In this document: positions 39,597 to 48,946 of the stretch, in pieces
Layout: every line of letters begins with the position of its first letter
Position numbering within the stretch: the stretch's first letter is position 1
DNA from: an uncultured bacterium
Lineage (GTDB): Bacteria > UBP14 > UBA6098 > B30-G16
Length of the DNA stretch: 64,000 nucleotides
Direction of reading: 5' to 3'
Assembly: GCA_965552135.1 (NCBI GenBank)
Contig: CBEVQY010000004.1
Span: forward strand, 32,566 to 96,565
Translations under genes and position numbers: made by a program
Notes under the pieces: generated by a model
What the model was told of the DNA's origin: nothing
The model's database searches: none
The model's input: the letters and a program-made list of their open reading frames with translations, nothing else

Positions 39597-39811
39597 GCCC
39601 TTCCGTCCGGGGTGGGTCGGTGCCTTTTGCGTGAGGGTGGGTCACGTTCTTTGTGTGTCAACGCTCTTTGTGCGGGCGCTCTTTGTGTGTAAGGCGGTTC
39701 AGCGCCCTATACGCGAGAGTGGGGTAGTGCTCTTTGTGCGGGGCGCCCTTCGCGTTCTTCCGAAAGCTTCTGCCTTCAGCAAGCAAGATGCAGCCCGTCC
39801 CTGGGCTATGC

Positions 39812-42244
39812 TTACTCTTTCCCTTCGGCGCCGATGATCCTGTCGAGGGCGGCGACGAGCTCATCCAGTCTGAACGGCTTTGGCACGGCTCCGTCGAAGC
39901 CATACTTGCGGAAGTTCGTCATCGCCGGGTCGTTGTGGTATCCGCTTGCGGCTATTGCTTTTACGTTTGGGTCGATGGCGCGCAGTTTTTCGAGCACTTC
40001 GCGACCGCCCAAAGCTCCCGGGACGGTGAGGTTCAGTATAACGGCGTCGAACGCTCCCCCTTGTGCAAGAGTCGCTTGGTAAAGCCTCACAGCCTCCTCG
40101 CCGTCGCCGGCAACCTCGACGTTGTAGCCCAAGCCCTCAAGCATCTGTTTGACCGCCGCGCGGGCGCCTTCGTCGTCGTCCATAAGGAGTATGTTTCCGC
40201 TGCGCGCCTTTGGTGCTGTGAGCTCGGTTGATGCACGCTTCTGCGCAGCCTCCTCGGCGGCGGGAAGCCACACGTAAAAGGTGCTGCCGCGCCCAAGCTC
40301 CGACTCAACCGATATGTGCCCGCCGTGGCGCTTGACTATCGAAAACGCCGTGGAAAGCCCCAAGCCGCTGCCGCGCTGCTTCGTCGTAAAAAACGGGTCG
40401 AAGATCTTCGGAATGTGCTCCTCGGGTATTCCTATCCCCTCGTCGCGGACGCTTATGCGGACGTATCTTCCGGGCTTAAGCGGCATCGAGGCGCCCTCCT
40501 CGACGACGACGTTTTCGCACGATATCTCCACAACGCCGCCTTCGGGCATCGCCTGATCCGCGTTTATGACAAGGTTCTCCAGAACCTGCCTTATCTGGAC
40601 CTCGTCGGCTTCAACGTCCCACAGGTCGTCTGGTATTTTGAGCACGAGCCTGGAGCCTGAGCCGCTTAAGGCGATTTCGGCGGTATCGGCTACGACCTCA
40701 GCAAGCGGGATGAGCTTTTTGGATGGTTCGCCGCCGCGGGCGAAAGTCAGGAGTTTGCTCGTAAGGTCCCTTGCCCGAAGCGCCGCGCGCTCCGCGTCGC
40801 CCAAAAGGGAGTAAACCTTCTCCTTGGGCGATGTGTAGAGCTTTGCGAGGGAGACGTTGCCGAGTATTGCGGTGAGGATGTTGTTGAAGTCGTGGGCGAT
40901 GCCGCTTGCCATAAGCCCCAGCGACTCAAGGCGCTGGATCCGCTCAAGCTCGCGCTCAAGCTTGCGCAGGCGCGTTATGTCGATAAGCGAGGCTATGCTT
41001 AGCTTTGTGCCGGGGATGACGTCGATCGTTATAAAGACGTTTTTTATGTTGCCGGACCTGTCCACGAACGTAAACTCGTACTGCCTCGGCGCGGCGTTTG
41101 GATCTATCCTGCGCAGGCGGTGGTAGCGCTTCATGCGCTCGAGGTCTTGGGGAGCGACGAACTTCGTCCAGCTCACCTTCCCCTCGATCTCCTCGCGGGA
41201 ATAGCCCGAAAGCCTTGCGAACTCCTCGTTGGCGAGCGCTATCGTCGTGTCTTCCTCGATCACTATAAGCGCCGTCCCCGTCGTCTCGAAAAGCGTTCGA
41301 TACCAAAGCTCCGACTCCTTAAGGGCATCGTAAAGCCTTGCCCGCACTATGGCTTGCCCGGCTTGCTTGGCGAAGATGGACAAAAGCTCCATCTCCTCTT
41401 CGCTGAACTGCCGATACTGGCGCGTCATTATGCTGAAGACGCCGAGGATCTCGTCGTCGCACTTGATGGGGATGCAGAGGTACGACTTAAACCCGTACTT
41501 TTCGATTATCTCCCGCCTGACCTCCTCGGGGAAGTCGAGCTTTGTGAGGTCGGGCACATATCTTGGCTCGCCGTCGAGGGCTACCCAGCCGCTTGTGTCG
41601 TAGGAGTGCTTCCCTATGGGGATAGTTGCCCTGTGCCTCCAGTACTCCTCGCCTATGCCGTGCACCGCCTTCGTCACAAGAAGGTTCCTGTCCCTGTCCA
41701 CAAGCCTCACGGAGCAGTGCTGGAAGCCGAAGACCTCGCTTACGCCCCGCACGATCCCCTCAAGTATTGCGTCGAGGGAGTGCTCGGAGTTCAGCAGCGT
41801 TGCAGTTTCGTACAAAAGCCTGAGCCTTTCGTGCTGCTGGGCAGCATACTGGCGAGATGTCACCTGCTCCGTTACGTCTTCGACGAAGAGAACGAAGAGG
41901 GCTTTGCTGCTGCGGGCAAGCGGGACTAAGCATAGCCTAAGCCAAAGCTTCGAGCCCGGGGCGGAGTACTCCGTCTCTGCACTAAAGCCTGAGGAGACGC
42001 CTGAGAGAACCTCGCTGGCGGCTTTGGCTTGCTGTGGGGAAAGCTTAAGTCCCAAAGCCTTTGGAAAGGTCGAGCCCAAAAGCCTGTCTTTGGGTTTGCC
42101 CAAAAGCCTGCATAATACATCGTTTGTGAAGAGCATTTCGCCTCGCCGGTCAACGATGGCAACGCCGAAGCCCGCTGCATCTAAGGCGTTTTCAAGAAAC
42201 TCAAGCTTCTTTTGGTGGCTGAGGTTATCCCTCCATCCGCTCAA
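39812..42244 (-). CDS. Hybrid histidine kinase PAS-GAF-PAS-HisKA-HATPase-REC
   Basis: GIAHDFNNIL, NLVINADQAM, DEGIGI, FFTTK.GSGLGLS, REC LLMDDD...KPF. Confidence 0.93.
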   Translation of the reverse strand: MSGWRDNLSHQKKLEFLENALDAAGFGVAIVDRRGEMLFTNDVLCRLLGKPKDRLLGSTFPKALGLKLSPQQAKAASEVLSGVSSGFSAETEYSAPGSKLWLRLCLVPLARSSKALFVLFVEDVTEQVTSRQYAAQQHERLRLLYETATLLNSEHSLDAILEGIVRGVSEVFGFQHCSVRLVDRDRNLLVTKAVHGIGEEYWRHRATIPIGKHSYDTSGWVALDGEPRYVPDLTKLDFPEEVRREIIEKYGFKSYLCIPIKCDDEILGVFSIMTRQYRQFSEEEMELLSIFAKQAGQAIVRARLYDALKESELWYRTLFETTGTALIVIEEDTTIALANEEFARLSGYSREEIEGKVSWTKFVAPQDLERMKRYHRLRRIDPNAAPRQYEFTFVDRSGNIKNVFITIDVIPGTKLSIASLIDITRLRKLERELERIQRLESLGLMASGIAHDFNNILTAILGNVSLAKLYTSPKEKVYSLLGDAERAALRARDLTSKLLTFARGGEPSKKLIPLAEVVADTAEIALSGSGSRLVLKIPDDLWDVEADEVQIRQVLENLVINADQAMPEGGVVEISCENVVVEEGASMPLKPGRYVRISVRDEGIGIPEEHIPKIFDPFFTTKQRGSGLGLSTAFSIVKRHGGHISVESELGRGSTFYVWLPAAEEAAQKRASTELTAPKARSGNILLMDDDEGARAAVKQMLEGLGYNVEVAGDGEEAVRLYQATLAQGGAFDAVILNLTVPGALGGREVLEKLRAIDPNVKAIAASGYHNDPAMTNFRKYGFDGAVPKPFRLDELVAALDRIIGAEGKE

Positions 42245-42466
42245 GCTCAGGCACCTCCTTATCGGGTTGTTGGGTCGACGCTTGTTTGAGCTTTACGATT
42301 GCGTTTTCTGCACGGCGGCGCCCGCGGGAAGGCTCAAAACGTCGCGCCAAAAGCAAGCCTCCTGGTGGGGAGCCACAACGTTCCCGCTACTTGACTTAAA
42401 CCCCACTTAACATAATAATTTATCTGGTTTGGTTGACAAGCGTTAATTTTCGAGGGGGAAAGTTCG

Positions 42467-45400
42467 ATGTTTGGGTGCGTTTTTGTGTTTGCTGCGCTTT
42501 CGACTTTCCTTTCGGTTTCTTATTGTCAGTTGGCTTCGCATTATGCTCGACTCGACTCGATAAGGGCTGCGATACGCTCATCCCACGCCAACTGGAGGGC
42601 TGGCATCAACCCCATCTTTCTTTTGCCGCGTCGGGATTTTCTTAGGCTTTTGGGTGCGCAGCCGCCCGATACGGTAAGCTATCCTCGCTGGGATGTTTGG
42701 CGGGAGGTGAAGGGACCGCTGGAGCTTCCCGACTCGTTCGACTGGCGCAACAAGGACGGAAGGAACTGGATGACTCACGTCACCTCCCAGGGCTGCGGCG
42801 ACTGCTGGGTGCACGCAACGGTTGGGGCTTGGGAAGCCGACATAAACATCGCAACCGACAGCGCCGAATATGACCCAGACCTTTCGGAGCAGCAGGTCCT
42901 CTCGTGCTCTGGTATAGGTTCGTGCAGCGGAGGGAACTTCGCTGGCTACTACCTGCAGTCGACGGGGCTTTTCGACGAAGACTGTTTCCCCTACCTTGGC
43001 ACCGACGAGCCCTGCGAAAGCAGATGCAGCGACTGGCAGGACAGAATCCTCTTCCGCGCCCTCTCGACGCAGTGGGTAAGCTCAAGCGCGATAAAGGCGC
43101 TGGTCTACCAGCAGCCAACCTACACCGTTATGGACGTCTACGAGGATTTCCCCTCCTATACAGGCGGCGTGTATGAGCATGTTTGGGGCGACTATTGCGG
43201 TGGTCATGCCGTCGTCATTGTGGGCTGGAACGATGCCGACAGCTGCTGGATATGCAAGAACTCCTGGGGCACGGGCTGGGGCGAGAACGGCTACTTCCGG
43301 ATTAAGTACGGCGAGTGTGGCGTTGGCTCCACGGGGTACAGGATCATCGTTGGCTCGAGGCTTTGGGTTCGCTCGCCTGTGGAGAGGGTTTATCCGTCTG
43401 TGGGCTACTCCTTCCATGGAGTTGACAGCGTCGTTGTTGCGTTTGCCGAAACGCCCGTCATGGGAGCTGCCGACACGGTGTTCGCCTGCGCAGGAGCACA
43501 GCTTTACGGCTTTAAGCGCGACTCATCCTTCTCCGCAGACTCCATAAGCTTCGTCATGGACGGTCCCTCGCAGCTTGTTTGGCTATGGGATACCCTGACA
43601 GGGATCCCGAAGGTCGACGTCTTCCTCCAGTCGTCGCACGAGGGAGCCAGGGTGATGTTCGAATACATGGAGCTTTGTGCCGACACGTCGGTGCAGTGGA
43701 TGGCGGAAAGCACCGCAACGATATCCACAGACACCCATCAAACGCTTCTTACCTCGCCCACCAGGCAGGCGGCGGTCTCCTTCGACCACTGGTCCGACGG
43801 CGGCGCAAGGACCCATCAGGTTACGCTCTCCTCCGCCGGAGCAGACACGTTTAAAGCGTTCTTCAACGAGGATACTGTGCGCTATCTGGTCGTTATAAAC
43901 AGCAACTCGTGGGGGAGATTGGTCCTCGATGACTCGGTGAGCATCTCGCCGCCTTACTCGGAGTTTATGGACAGCGCGACATCCCATTTTGTCTTTGCGC
44001 CCGACTGCGAGTCGGGCAACCAGATCGAGGTGTTCGACCACTGGGAGCCTCCGTCGGCGGGAAGAACTATCTACTTCGACGTCGACAGCGCCTGCACGCT
44101 TTTTGCGCATTATAAAAAGAGGTTCAGGCTTTATTTCAACACAAGCTTCGGCTTTGGTCTTGTGCGCTTAAACGGCGTTTTGTGGGATGCTGCGCGCCTT
44201 GAGGTGTCGGACAGTGGTGTTGCGGTTTTGCTCGGCATAGCGGACTCCCAGCTCGCCCTCGGGCACACCTATGTTTTCAAAAGCTGGTCCGACGGCGTCG
44301 ATACCGCACACTATGTCCTTTTGGACACGCTTTGGCGGGAGTTGACCGCGCTCTACGACGTTATGTCTCGCGTTTCGGTTTCGAGCCCCTTCGGAACGCC
44401 GACGTTCGAGGATTCGATCGCCTTCCCCGACAGCGAAATCACGGTATCCGTCGAAAGCGTTGTCTACGCCGGCGAGGTTCGCCATCGGTGCATGGGTTGG
44501 CGGAGGGTGTGGGAGGAGTTCGACACGCTTCTTTTCGCCTGCTTCGACAGGTCGTTTGAGCCGTTTCCGCCGGCCGGGTGGTCGGTGAACGGCGGATACA
44601 TCTACGTCCGCAGAAACGAGTGGCAGCCTTTCTGCATGCCTCAGCAGGGCGAAAGTTTTTGCGAGTTCGCCGTGGGATGGATGGATACGAGCGATACCTG
44701 TTCGCTTATCTCCGACACCTTTTTCGTTCCCCCCGACGCCGACAGCGCCAAACTCTGGTTCTGGATGTTCAGAAGTCCTGGGGGAAGCTGCGACGACTCG
44801 CTTTTCCTTCTGATTTCGACAGACTACGGGGCGACGTGGGATACCCTCTCGAGGTTAGGTCGCATGTTCGACTCGCTTTTCTGGGAGCAGCAGGAGATCG
44901 ACCTTTCGGGCTACTCTGGCGACAGCGTTATGGTTGGTTTTCTCGCCAGAGCCGGGGGTTTCAGCGAAAGTGTTTTTATGTTGGACAACGTGATTGCCTG
45001 GGCGGCTTTTTCGAGGGCTGATTCGGGCGAAGGTAGCACCGCCTCGTTCGTCCCCAGCTGGAACTGCTCGCTTGAGTTTTTGTGGCGTGATGAGTATCAT
45101 CTTGTGGTAGAGTCGCCTCACGGCTCGCCCACAGGCGAGGGCTGGTATCCCACAGGAAGCCTTGCCGTGCTTGAGGTGGAAGACTCTGTGTTTGACGGGG
45201 GGTATTGCTACGTGTTCCGTCGCTGGTCGGGCGCTGTGGACACGGCGCTTAATCCCTGCACCCTTTCGGTTTCTGCCCCTGGAACCGTCTGGGCGCGTTG
45301 GGACACTTTGGTCTGGGCGACTGTGGCTTCTGATCCGCCGGGGGCGGAGCTTTTGGTCGACTCCGTTGCGGCAAACCCCTGGGAGGACTGGCTCCGCATC

Positions 45401-46243
45401 GGTGATAGCGTGTGGGTCGAGGCTTCGTCGCTGTGCGCTTTGGGCGCAGACAGTCAGCTTGCGTTCCAAAGCTGGTCGGACGGCGGGGAGCGCTCGCACT
45501 GGGCAACGTTTCCAGCGCCGGATACCCTTTGGGCAAACTACCTTTGGCTTTTCCGCTGCGCTGTGGTACAGGATCCCATCGATGCGCCCGGCTGGGTCGC
45601 CTTAGATGCCGACACCGCCGAGGACTCCGCAAGCGCTTGGATATACGCCGACTCCTTCTTCCTCGTCGATGCCGCCGACACCGCGTTTGACTTCGAGGGC
45701 ATGACGACCTGGGTTTTCAGCGGCTTCTCGGACGGTTTCGACACCGCGCACGCGGTGGGTCCGGTGGCTGAGCCGGTGAAGCTTTACGCAAACTACCTTG
45801 CCGAAGAGATGTTCATCAACATAGCCGTCGCGGGCAGCGTTTGGATCGTTGGCGATACGGCGTGTGCGGGCGACACTCTCGTCTCCGAAAGCGGTGAGGA
45901 GTTTGTGGTTCTCAACCTGGGCAACGCGCCTGTGGACATTGGGATAAGGTTTGTCCGTGCGTCGGATACGCTGTGGCAGCCCGACACGGTCCAGTGGTGT
46001 TCGAGGTTCGTTTTGCGCGCAAGGTTCGACGACGCGCCACCTTCCGTCTTTGACCCCATCTGTGACCTTGTCGACACCGCTTTTGTGTGGTCCGATTCGC
46101 TGCGCTTTGGACCGTTGGGCTGGAACGTCTCGCCGCAGGATAGCGTTAGGTTGTGGCTTTGGCTCGCTCTGCCGATATACTACACCGGCGGCGGCGAGCG
46201 ATGGCTGCAGCTTGGCATCGAGGGGCGTATAAGCATCCCGTAG
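42467..46243 (+). CDS. Secreted papain-family (C1A) cysteine peptidase with long beta-rich repeat extension
   Basis: LPDSFDWR, QGCGDCW, GGHAVVIVGW, WICKNSWG; F..WSDG repeats; FEPFPPAGW adhesin-like module. Confidence 0.88.
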   Translation: MFGCVFVFAALSTFLSVSYCQLASHYARLDSIRAAIRSSHANWRAGINPIFLLPRRDFLRLLGAQPPDTVSYPRWDVWREVKGPLELPDSFDWRNKDGRNWMTHVTSQGCGDCWVHATVGAWEADINIATDSAEYDPDLSEQQVLSCSGIGSCSGGNFAGYYLQSTGLFDEDCFPYLGTDEPCESRCSDWQDRILFRALSTQWVSSSAIKALVYQQPTYTVMDVYEDFPSYTGGVYEHVWGDYCGGHAVVIVGWNDADSCWICKNSWGTGWGENGYFRIKYGECGVGSTGYRIIVGSRLWVRSPVERVYPSVGYSFHGVDSVVVAFAETPVMGAADTVFACAGAQLYGFKRDSSFSADSISFVMDGPSQLVWLWDTLTGIPKVDVFLQSSHEGARVMFEYMELCADTSVQWMAESTATISTDTHQTLLTSPTRQAAVSFDHWSDGGARTHQVTLSSAGADTFKAFFNEDTVRYLVVINSNSWGRLVLDDSVSISPPYSEFMDSATSHFVFAPDCESGNQIEVFDHWEPPSAGRTIYFDVDSACTLFAHYKKRFRLYFNTSFGFGLVRLNGVLWDAARLEVSDSGVAVLLGIADSQLALGHTYVFKSWSDGVDTAHYVLLDTLWRELTALYDVMSRVSVSSPFGTPTFEDSIAFPDSEITVSVESVVYAGEVRHRCMGWRRVWEEFDTLLFACFDRSFEPFPPAGWSVNGGYIYVRRNEWQPFCMPQQGESFCEFAVGWMDTSDTCSLISDTFFVPPDADSAKLWFWMFRSPGGSCDDSLFLLISTDYGATWDTLSRLGRMFDSLFWEQQEIDLSGYSGDSVMVGFLARAGGFSESVFMLDNVIAWAAFSRADSGEGSTASFVPSWNCSLEFLWRDEYHLVVESPHGSPTGEGWYPTGSLAVLEVEDSVFDGGYCYVFRRWSGAVDTALNPCTLSVSAPGTVWARWDTLVWATVASDPPGAELLVDSVAANPWEDWLRIGDSVWVEASSLCALGADSQLAFQSWSDGGERSHWATFPAPDTLWANYLWLFRCAVVQDPIDAPGWVALDADTAEDSASAWIYADSFFLVDAADTAFDFEGMTTWVFSGFSDGFDTAHAVGPVAEPVKLYANYLAEEMFINIAVAGSVWIVGDTACAGDTLVSESGEEFVVLNLGNAPVDIGIRFVRASDTLWQPDTVQWCSRFVLRARFDDAPPSVFDPICDLVDTAFVWSDSLRFGPLGWNVSPQDSVRLWLWLALPIYYTGGGERWLQLGIEGRISIP

Positions 46244-48682
46244 CTACCTGAGCAGGAACACCCTCTCCACAGCGCAGGTACCTCCCGCAGAGGCGCGGAT
46301 GAAGTATATGCCGCTTTCGAATCCCGTCATATCGATGGTGAGCGTGTGTGTTCCCGCTTCGTACGACCCTCCCGCCAGCGGCACAGCAACAACGCGCCCC
46401 AGAATGTCGACTATCTCCACCCTGACCTGCGCCCTCTGCGGCAGGGCAAGCTGCAGTGTCGTCCTCTCGTTGAACGGATCTGGGTAGTTTGGCGAAAGGG
46501 CAAGCTCTTTGGGCTTGGCGACGTCCTCGCCTTCGATTCCCACCGATGGGTCGTAGATTGTGCGCAGCGCCCAGCAGTCCCACTCGAAGGATGGACCCGT
46601 CACCGGATCGCTTGAGAAGTTCACAAACGGCGTTACGGACAGGCGGCGCCCAAAGCCCGTCATATCGCCCAGGTGGACGATGTATTCGCCGGGCTCTTCT
46701 ATGTACAGCCTGTGGTATGGGAATTCGGCGCCTTCGACCGAAATGCTCAGCGTGCCCGGAACGAACACGGCGGAGGCAACGAACCATAACTCGGTGTCGC
46801 GCCAGAAGTCGTTCGTTCCCATCTCGCCGAATGCGACGTCAAGCACGGCTGTGCCTCCGCCGCGGGGACATATGACGGCTGGCATCTGCTCCAGCGAAAA
46901 ACCCTCAAGACCCGCGTTGTCCACAAACCAGTAGTCGGCTATTATGTCGTGGTTGAACTCGTCCGCGCTTCCGTTGCGCCAGCCAAAGGAGGCGTTGGCG
47001 TAGGCGTAGTAGTTCGATGGGCTTTCGGGGAAGAGGTGTTCGCGGCGGGTTATAACCTCGATCGTAAAACCCCCGTAGTGGTCGTCGCAGTGGATTTTGT
47101 AGACCCCCATTCTGTCTGGTGGCGCGTTGAGCACCCTGCGGTCGTTGCCCTCGCTGAAGCCGTGTGAGCCCCGGTTGTTCCAGTTCCAGATCTTTCGCCT
47201 CACCCACTTGTGCGGCGGCGGCGACGATGCCGTATCCTCCCAAACCGTTATGTTGCCGCAGTTGAGCCTGTTGCGCGCGCTGTCGGGAAAACTCACCTCT
47301 ATCTGATCCCCCGGCGGAACGACGACCAAAAGAGTCTCGCAGTATGAGCTTAACACCTTCTTTTTGAACGTTACGCCGCTTTGGGTGTATGCCTCCATCT
47401 CCTTGGTGCTGTCGGCGACGAGCGAGTCGATTTTGGCGCGGTAGTATGCTCTGTTTGCCGCGGTGTTTTGGTCCCAGTACCAGCTTCCGTGGTAGGAGAC
47501 GCTGCAGACGGCGCTTGTGCCCGCGTTCATGCACTCAAGCATTGCGCGATACCACTCGAGTATGTCGTGCTTCTTTTCGATGAAGTCCAAAAGCTTTTCC
47601 CGATACGACCTGAGCGCTTCGGCTACGGCTTTGTCGTATGGGGTTCCCGACTCAAGTGCAGTTATCTTCGCGTGCAGGAACCTGTCCCACGGGTGTTTGT
47701 TTTGGGCGTATGCCGGAACGCGGCGACCCGCGTTGGCGTTGCCACGCACAACCGTCCTCCCCTTCAGGCGCAGACCCCTGGCGATGACAGTCGCCGTCGA
47801 ACCGCCGTAACACTCCACAAACTCGTCCTCGATTAGGAGGGGGACTGTGTCGGAGGATGAGTCGATGATCATCTGCTGGAGCGCCAGAAGCGTTTCGGGG
47901 TGAAGCCAAACCCTGCGCTGCACGAGATCGTCCCAGACGAAGATGCTGCCGTCTTTCCCCCCGTGTTCGTCGAAAAGCTTTTGGACCTTTGCGGGCTTGC
48001 CGGCGCGGTGGCATTCCGCAACTTTGTGTGCTATCTGCTGGTGCGCCTGCCTTATGTGGCTGGGATCGCAGGGCAGGAGAGCCGCTGAGGAAAGGCTGTC
48101 CGGCTCGCGGGATGTCCCGTCCCAGCCGTAGAGGGCGTAGATGTTGCTGGCGCAGTACCCGTCGGCAAGCTTGTGGCGGTACATCATAAGCAGTTTCTTC
48201 CAGTGCCTCATCTTTTCGCCGCCGCTTACGATGATTGCGAACTTGCACGAGTCGCAGCCGATTTTGCCCTCTCCCGTGCCACGCCTAAGGGACGTCGTCT
48301 CGACGTCGCATATGCCCGGCAGGATGAGCCTGTACGAAAGCACTACAAGCAGCGCGAGGGTGTCGCCGGCATCGAGCGTTTCGTCGAAGGCAACCACAGC
48401 CTCAAGCTCCACAAAGCCGCCGCACTCAGCCTCGCCCGTGGGGATAACTCCCAAAAGCTTTGCCTTTGTGTGCGGGGGCATCGGCTCCTCGCGAAGCCAA
48501 AGCTGGTAGAGCGTCACAAGCATCGAGTCGTGTGCGGTGGTGAAGTCGCCCTTGATGCAGATTGTGTCGCCCAAAAGGGTTGGCAGGTTCTGGTAGAGCG
48601 TTGGGATGTCGATGCACTGTGCGCAGGCCACCCCAGCCAAAAGACCACAGAAGGCGCCGGCAACAACGATTCTTTGCAGCAT
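46244..48682 (-). CDS. Secreted hypothetical protein with possible clan-CD peptidase domain and T9SS/FlgD-like CTD
   Basis: Signal peptide; KFAIIVSGG, DEHGG, ECYGG; CTD PNYPDPFN...DILGR...SGIYF. Confidence 0.65.
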   Translation of the reverse strand: MLQRIVVAGAFCGLLAGVACAQCIDIPTLYQNLPTLLGDTICIKGDFTTAHDSMLVTLYQLWLREEPMPPHTKAKLLGVIPTGEAECGGFVELEAVVAFDETLDAGDTLALLVVLSYRLILPGICDVETTSLRRGTGEGKIGCDSCKFAIIVSGGEKMRHWKKLLMMYRHKLADGYCASNIYALYGWDGTSREPDSLSSAALLPCDPSHIRQAHQQIAHKVAECHRAGKPAKVQKLFDEHGGKDGSIFVWDDLVQRRVWLHPETLLALQQMIIDSSSDTVPLLIEDEFVECYGGSTATVIARGLRLKGRTVVRGNANAGRRVPAYAQNKHPWDRFLHAKITALESGTPYDKAVAEALRSYREKLLDFIEKKHDILEWYRAMLECMNAGTSAVCSVSYHGSWYWDQNTAANRAYYRAKIDSLVADSTKEMEAYTQSGVTFKKKVLSSYCETLLVVVPPGDQIEVSFPDSARNRLNCGNITVWEDTASSPPPHKWVRRKIWNWNNRGSHGFSEGNDRRVLNAPPDRMGVYKIHCDDHYGGFTIEVITRREHLFPESPSNYYAYANASFGWRNGSADEFNHDIIADYWFVDNAGLEGFSLEQMPAVICPRGGGTAVLDVAFGEMGTNDFWRDTELWFVASAVFVPGTLSISVEGAEFPYHRLYIEEPGEYIVHLGDMTGFGRRLSVTPFVNFSSDPVTGPSFEWDCWALRTIYDPSVGIEGEDVAKPKELALSPNYPDPFNERTTLQLALPQRAQVRVEIVDILGRVVAVPLAGGSYEAGTHTLTIDMTGFESGIYFIRASAGGTCAVERVFLLR

Positions 48683-48809
48683 CACACTCCTCCTTTTGTC
48701 CGCGCCGCGGGGCTTTTTCGCCTTCCCACACTTGCCGCACAAAAACGCGAAAGGCGATCCTCAGGCGGGAAGACCTCCACGGAGCGAACCGTTTTTAGTT
48801 TGCGATTTA

Positions 48810-48838
48810 ATCATACCGAAAATTCTGCATCTTGTCAA
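48810..48838 (-). promoter_or_regulatory. Sigma70 promoter (leftward)
   Basis: TTGACA-17-TATGAT. Confidence 0.7.
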
Positions 48839-48887
48839 ATTGAAAATTAGCTTCACACCCGGCGTCGGTCGGAAGTCTTCAACTCCC

Positions 48888-48916
48888 TTGACCTTAGCGA
48901 AGCCGAAGGGTATAAT
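48888..48916 (+). promoter_or_regulatory. Sigma70 promoter (rightward) of giant repeat gene
   Basis: TTGACC-17-TATAAT. Confidence 0.75.
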
Positions 48917-48946
48917 ATTTACTCGGGCTTGAAGGCAGGTGCTTTG

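Noticed and set aside
48690..48805. Riboswitch in the ~110-nt leader of the 48682 gene
   Set aside because: Some pairing potential but no riboswitch consensus I can recognise
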